Below, in pieces: positions 60,838 through 64,000 of a stretch of DNA of 64,000 nt (position 1 is the stretch's first letter; the number at the start of each line of letters is the position of its first letter). The stretch lies in contig CALRLV020000001.1 of NCBI GenBank assembly GCA_943368895.1, positions 861-64,860 on the forward strand. Direction: 5' to 3'. A program made the position numbers and the translations under genes. Below the pieces are notes generated by a model. That model ran no database searches and was not told the DNA's origin. It saw nothing but the letters and a program-made list of their open reading frames with translations. This DNA comes from Ferrovibrio terrae (lineage in GTDB: Bacteria > Pseudomonadota > Alphaproteobacteria > Caulobacterales > Aquidulcibacteraceae).

Positions 60838-61749
60838 TCAAAATTTTCCTTCTTGCAGCCCCAGTCCGGTCCGCCAATAACGGAAGAGTACCCGACCCTT
60901 GATTTGCGACCTGTGCACAATCCCCGGCCCAAACATGTCTTTCCCCATTCGACTATCTGTAGAATTATCTCGATTGTCGCCCAACAAGAAATATTGGTCT
61001 TCGCCAAGTTTTACTTCAGCAAAATCATCAAAGTCACTTTCTTCGATCTCGAGAATTTCATGCCCACTCGCTTCGCCCGGGAATTGCTCGCGGAACCGTT
61101 TAATTCTTCGCGTTGTCCCGTAATCATCACGCTCAACATCGGGTAAGGGTTGCAGGCTCACCGGCTTCCTGTTGATAAATACGACACCCTTTTTCATTGA
61201 AAACCTATCGCCTGGTATGGCGGCAATACGCCTGATCGAGAGACTTTGGCCTGCACCTCCTGCCTCTTCGACAGTAAGGACGACATCGCCCCTAAAAATC
61301 TGAGAGCAGCCACTCATTTTGGCAACGAGCCTATCCCCTTCTACCAAGGTAGGATCCATATTTTTGGACGCGACAAAAAAGTTTCGATAGTTGCCATCAA
61401 GCACATGTCCCCGCAAAAAATAGCTGACCCCCGAAAGAATCACAGCGAGTGGAAGGGTGGAGGGAAGTCCGCGAAGATCCTCAAAGACTATCTCGCCTGC
61501 ACATCGGCCAGTCCCTTCTAAAACAACTTTGCCATCGACCACTTTAATGCTGTCATCGGCAAAGTAACCATGAACCATTAGACCCGGAACTGGCTTTGGC
61601 GCGACGTAATCAGCAGGATTGAAATGGTCCTCATCCTCGTCCATGGACCATGTGGCAGGCAGGGAATGCGTGGGTTGGGCAGCCGCCACTACGCTCGGCA
61701 TCATCATCAAGAGCCAAATGGCACTATAAATCCGGTTCTTGATTGCCAT
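60838..61749 (-). CDS. Signal peptidase I (S26) homologue
   Basis: S..M.PTL..GD, IPGD and LGDNRDNSTDSR; the catalytic Lys position reads Arg. Confidence 0.82.
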   Translation of the reverse strand: MAIKNRIYSAIWLLMMMPSVVAAAQPTHSLPATWSMDEDEDHFNPADYVAPKPVPGLMVHGYFADDSIKVVDGKVVLEGTGRCAGEIVFEDLRGLPSTLPLAVILSGVSYFLRGHVLDGNYRNFFVASKNMDPTLVEGDRLVAKMSGCSQIFRGDVVLTVEEAGGAGQSLSIRRIAAIPGDRFSMKKGVVFINRKPVSLQPLPDVERDDYGTTRRIKRFREQFPGEASGHEILEIEESDFDDFAEVKLGEDQYFLLGDNRDNSTDSRMGKDMFGPGIVHRSQIKGRVLFRYWRTGLGLQEGKF

Positions 61750-61895
61750 TTTGCCCCCACGGCGCGCAGCGATCTCTGAAGATTACCCACATCCGATCAT
61801 CGGAATTCATCTTGGTCAAGCAAAACCTCAAGTGGTTTCTCTTCCACAATGCCTTAGCGCAGGTGGAGCGGCTACGCGCACACGCCTCGCCAAAC

Positions 61896-61933
61896 AAAAA
61901 GGCGGAAAAGCCGAAGCTTTCCCGCCTTTCTTT
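61896..61933 (-). terminator. Intrinsic terminator after the TBDR
   Basis: AAAAAGGCGGAAAAGC-CGAA-GCTTTCCCGCCTTT hairpin. Confidence 0.78.
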
Positions 61934-61952
61934 GACCAAAGGTCGCAAGAGT

Positions 61953-64000
61953 TTAGAAATTGGCCTTCAAGCTGACATAGCCGAAGCCGCCATTCATGCC
62001 GAATGGACCACCGCTGCGGGGATAGACCTGACCATCGGCAAGACCGCCGCTGATTGGGAACACATTGATGCTGGACGACTGGGCAATTTTGTCTGGATAG
62101 GTGCTGAACAGGTTCTGCGCGCCAATCGTGACCGTGTATTTCTCGGCAAACGTATAGCTCACGTCGAGATCAACCGTTGTCTTGGCTCCAAACACTTGGC
62201 CCGGATAGTCCTGCTCATTGCGCCACTTGCCGAAGTAGTTGGCACGCGCATTGACGGACCATTCACCCCAAGACCAATTGCTCGACAGGTTCAAGCGATC
62301 CTTGGGCGCAACATTTTCGATCGTGATGATCTGCGCAGTGCTGATCACGGTCGAGCGCGACTTTGTCACCTCATTTTCGTTCCGGTTATAGGCCAAGGTG
62401 AAGTTCACGCGTGCGCCCAACAGCTTTGTCGAATGCGTACCTACGATGTCGATACCCTTGGTCGAGGTGTCGAGGCCATTTGTGAAGTAGCGGATGTTCG
62501 CGCCCGCACCAACCAGGGAAAGGCTTGGCTGAACCAGCAGATCTGCCGCTGTCACAAGAACCGGCCGGGTGATGAAGATCCGGTTCTGCACGTCGATCTG
62601 ATAGGCATCTACCGTCAGCGAGGTTCCGGTAAATGGCCGCAGAATGAAGCCGACACCATAATTGGTGGCTTCAGCTGGCTTGAGAGGCACCGCACCATAA
62701 TAGCGTGCAACACCGCTAGCGACCGGGAAAATCCCTTCTTGAACCTGGTTTCCAGCCACGAAGTTCGTGGTCACGTTTTGCAAGTTCGACTGGCCGGGCG
62801 ATGGGGCTTGGAAGCCAGTACCCACCGAACCGCGCAGCGACAGAGCCTCAGTTGCCTTATAGAGCGCACTGATCTTGCCAACAGTTGCCGTGCCGAAGGT
62901 ATCATATTCCTCAAAGCGGGCTGCGATACCACCGCTCAAACGGTCGGTCACATCGGCTTCGAGGTCGACATAGATGGCATAATTGCTCTGGTCCCAAGTC
63001 CCAGCGCTGGATGGTGGTGCACCGGCATAGCCGCTCGACGCAGGCGGCACCGCAATGTTGGTGACGCCGGTTGGCAAGGTGGTCACTGGAGCGAACACAC
63101 CGGGGGCCGTTTGGGTGAACAGGCGTTGCACGGTGGCATAAGGGCCAGCCGCATAGGATTGAAGCTCACCAGTTGGGACAGTGTAGGATTCTTTGCGCCA
63201 CTCAAAACCACCGGCCAAGGTCAGTGGGCCAGCGAGGCCAACATCCATCGGATAGGTCAGATCGACGTTGAAGTTCTCCAACTTCTGCTTAAACGCGCCA
63301 TATTCGAAGCGCGTCTTGGACTGCGGGCCGAACGATGCGTTCAAAGAATCATACATCGACAGGTCCAGCGAGTTCTCTGACACCGTGGCCGACACATCAT
63401 AGGTCAGGCCGGATGTCGCCTCGCCCTTCACCCCAGCAACAGCGGTCAAGGATTCCGTCACACCGACAAAGCGTGGCGTGAAGCCAGCTGGATAGATCGA
63501 CCGGAAATCAAACCGGTTATTGTCCAAGATAAAGCCACCAGCTGGGCAGGTCGCGTTATTGGTTGGGCAGGGTGTGGTGAAGAAGGTATTGCGGAATGCG
63601 GCGTTTGCAGCCGGCAGGTTCACAGTGACGCCAGCGGCGTTGACAGCTGTGCCTGTGTTGGTTTGGCGGAAGTTAAAGCTCTGATCGCCTTCGCTGCTCG
63701 ACGCATTCAAAAAGGCATAGAGGCTGACTTTGTCCGACAGGTCGTAGCCCGTGTTGACCACGGCCTTCCAGCCATTGGTTGGTGAAGAGCCCCAGATTTG
63801 GTCTGGACCAGGATAGTTTGGCAAGCGGTTGGCGAGGCTTGGATTTTGTTGCTCGAACAAAATGGCGGCTGGGCGACGTGCACCACGGCTGGTTCCTTGA
63901 TCATCAAAATACTCGGCGCTGATATTGACGAAGCCGCTCTCGCCGAGACCAAGGCCCCAGTTGATGCCGATTTGTGCACTCTCACCATCATCGGCGTCGA
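61953..64000 (-). CDS. TonB-dependent receptor (5' part outside the window)
   Basis: Barrel motifs ARFEEY, RGSVGTGFQAPS and GAQNLFS; C-terminal YVSLKANF. Confidence 0.9.
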   Translation of the reverse strand, partial: DADDGESAQIGINWGLGLGESGFVNISAEYFDDQGTSRGARRPAAILFEQQNPSLANRLPNYPGPDQIWGSSPTNGWKAVVNTGYDLSDKVSLYAFLNASSSEGDQSFNFRQTNTGTAVNAAGVTVNLPAANAAFRNTFFTTPCPTNNATCPAGGFILDNNRFDFRSIYPAGFTPRFVGVTESLTAVAGVKGEATSGLTYDVSATVSENSLDLSMYDSLNASFGPQSKTRFEYGAFKQKLENFNVDLTYPMDVGLAGPLTLAGGFEWRKESYTVPTGELQSYAAGPYATVQRLFTQTAPGVFAPVTTLPTGVTNIAVPPASSGYAGAPPSSAGTWDQSNYAIYVDLEADVTDRLSGGIAARFEEYDTFGTATVGKISALYKATEALSLRGSVGTGFQAPSPGQSNLQNVTTNFVAGNQVQEGIFPVASGVARYYGAVPLKPAEATNYGVGFILRPFTGTSLTVDAYQIDVQNRIFITRPVLVTAADLLVQPSLSLVGAGANIRYFTNGLDTSTKGIDIVGTHSTKLLGARVNFTLAYNRNENEVTKSRSTVISTAQIITIENVAPKDRLNLSSNWSWGEWSVNARANYFGKWRNEQDYPGQVFGAKTTVDLDVSYTFAEKYTVTIGAQNLFSTYPDKIAQSSSINVFPISGGLADGQVYPRSGGPFGMNGGFGYVSLKANF

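Noticed and set aside
61743-63380. 545-aa plus-strand ORF
   Set aside because: Antisense shadow of the TonB-dependent receptor; no motifs.

Overview
Alphaproteobacterial chromosome segment; the Caulobacterales/Hyphomonadales-like placement is inferred from gene content and promoter motifs only. 1-4.2 kb: rpiA plus a LOG-family gene, an IS3 remnant and hipBA. 4.4-5.7 kb: an orphan TadG-like gene. 5.8-20 kb: a LacI-associated catabolic/uptake locus for an unknown substrate (HisD paralogue, SDR, MetE-like enzyme, HpcH aldolase, hydrolase, cupin, three SnoaL/NTF2 proteins, SSS symporter, TonB-dependent receptor) with a 15-bp motif recurring in three promoter regions. 20.2-35.9 kb: unrelated cargo genes separated by a family of ~136-bp palindromic elements and their half-sites. 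The largest cargo is a rearranged double-glycine/type I secretion bacteriocin-like locus. It holds two precursors with a shared MRALTM..VSGG leader but unrelated cores (one with a TonB-box-like motif, one with a nonsense codon), a possible third toxin remnant, candidate immunity genes, two S9-like peptidases, three copies of the hlyD 5' end and two copies of the C39 transporter 5' end. 36-37.5 kb: NrtR-like and NAMPT genes, both 5'-truncated at one junction. 37.6-47.9 kb: a yehI/L/M/P/Q-like DUF4132-MoxR-DUF5682-VWA-SWIM operon. 48.7-64 kb: namZ, tspO, patatin, small genes with EcfG-type promoters, a DUF4173/CreBC-like two-component locus, NmrA/AraC, a signal peptidase I homologue and a partial TonB-dependent receptor. 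The best candidates for undescribed biology are the repeat-delimited cassette architecture and the polymorphic T1SS toxin locus. All family calls come from motif recognition by eye; no searches were run.
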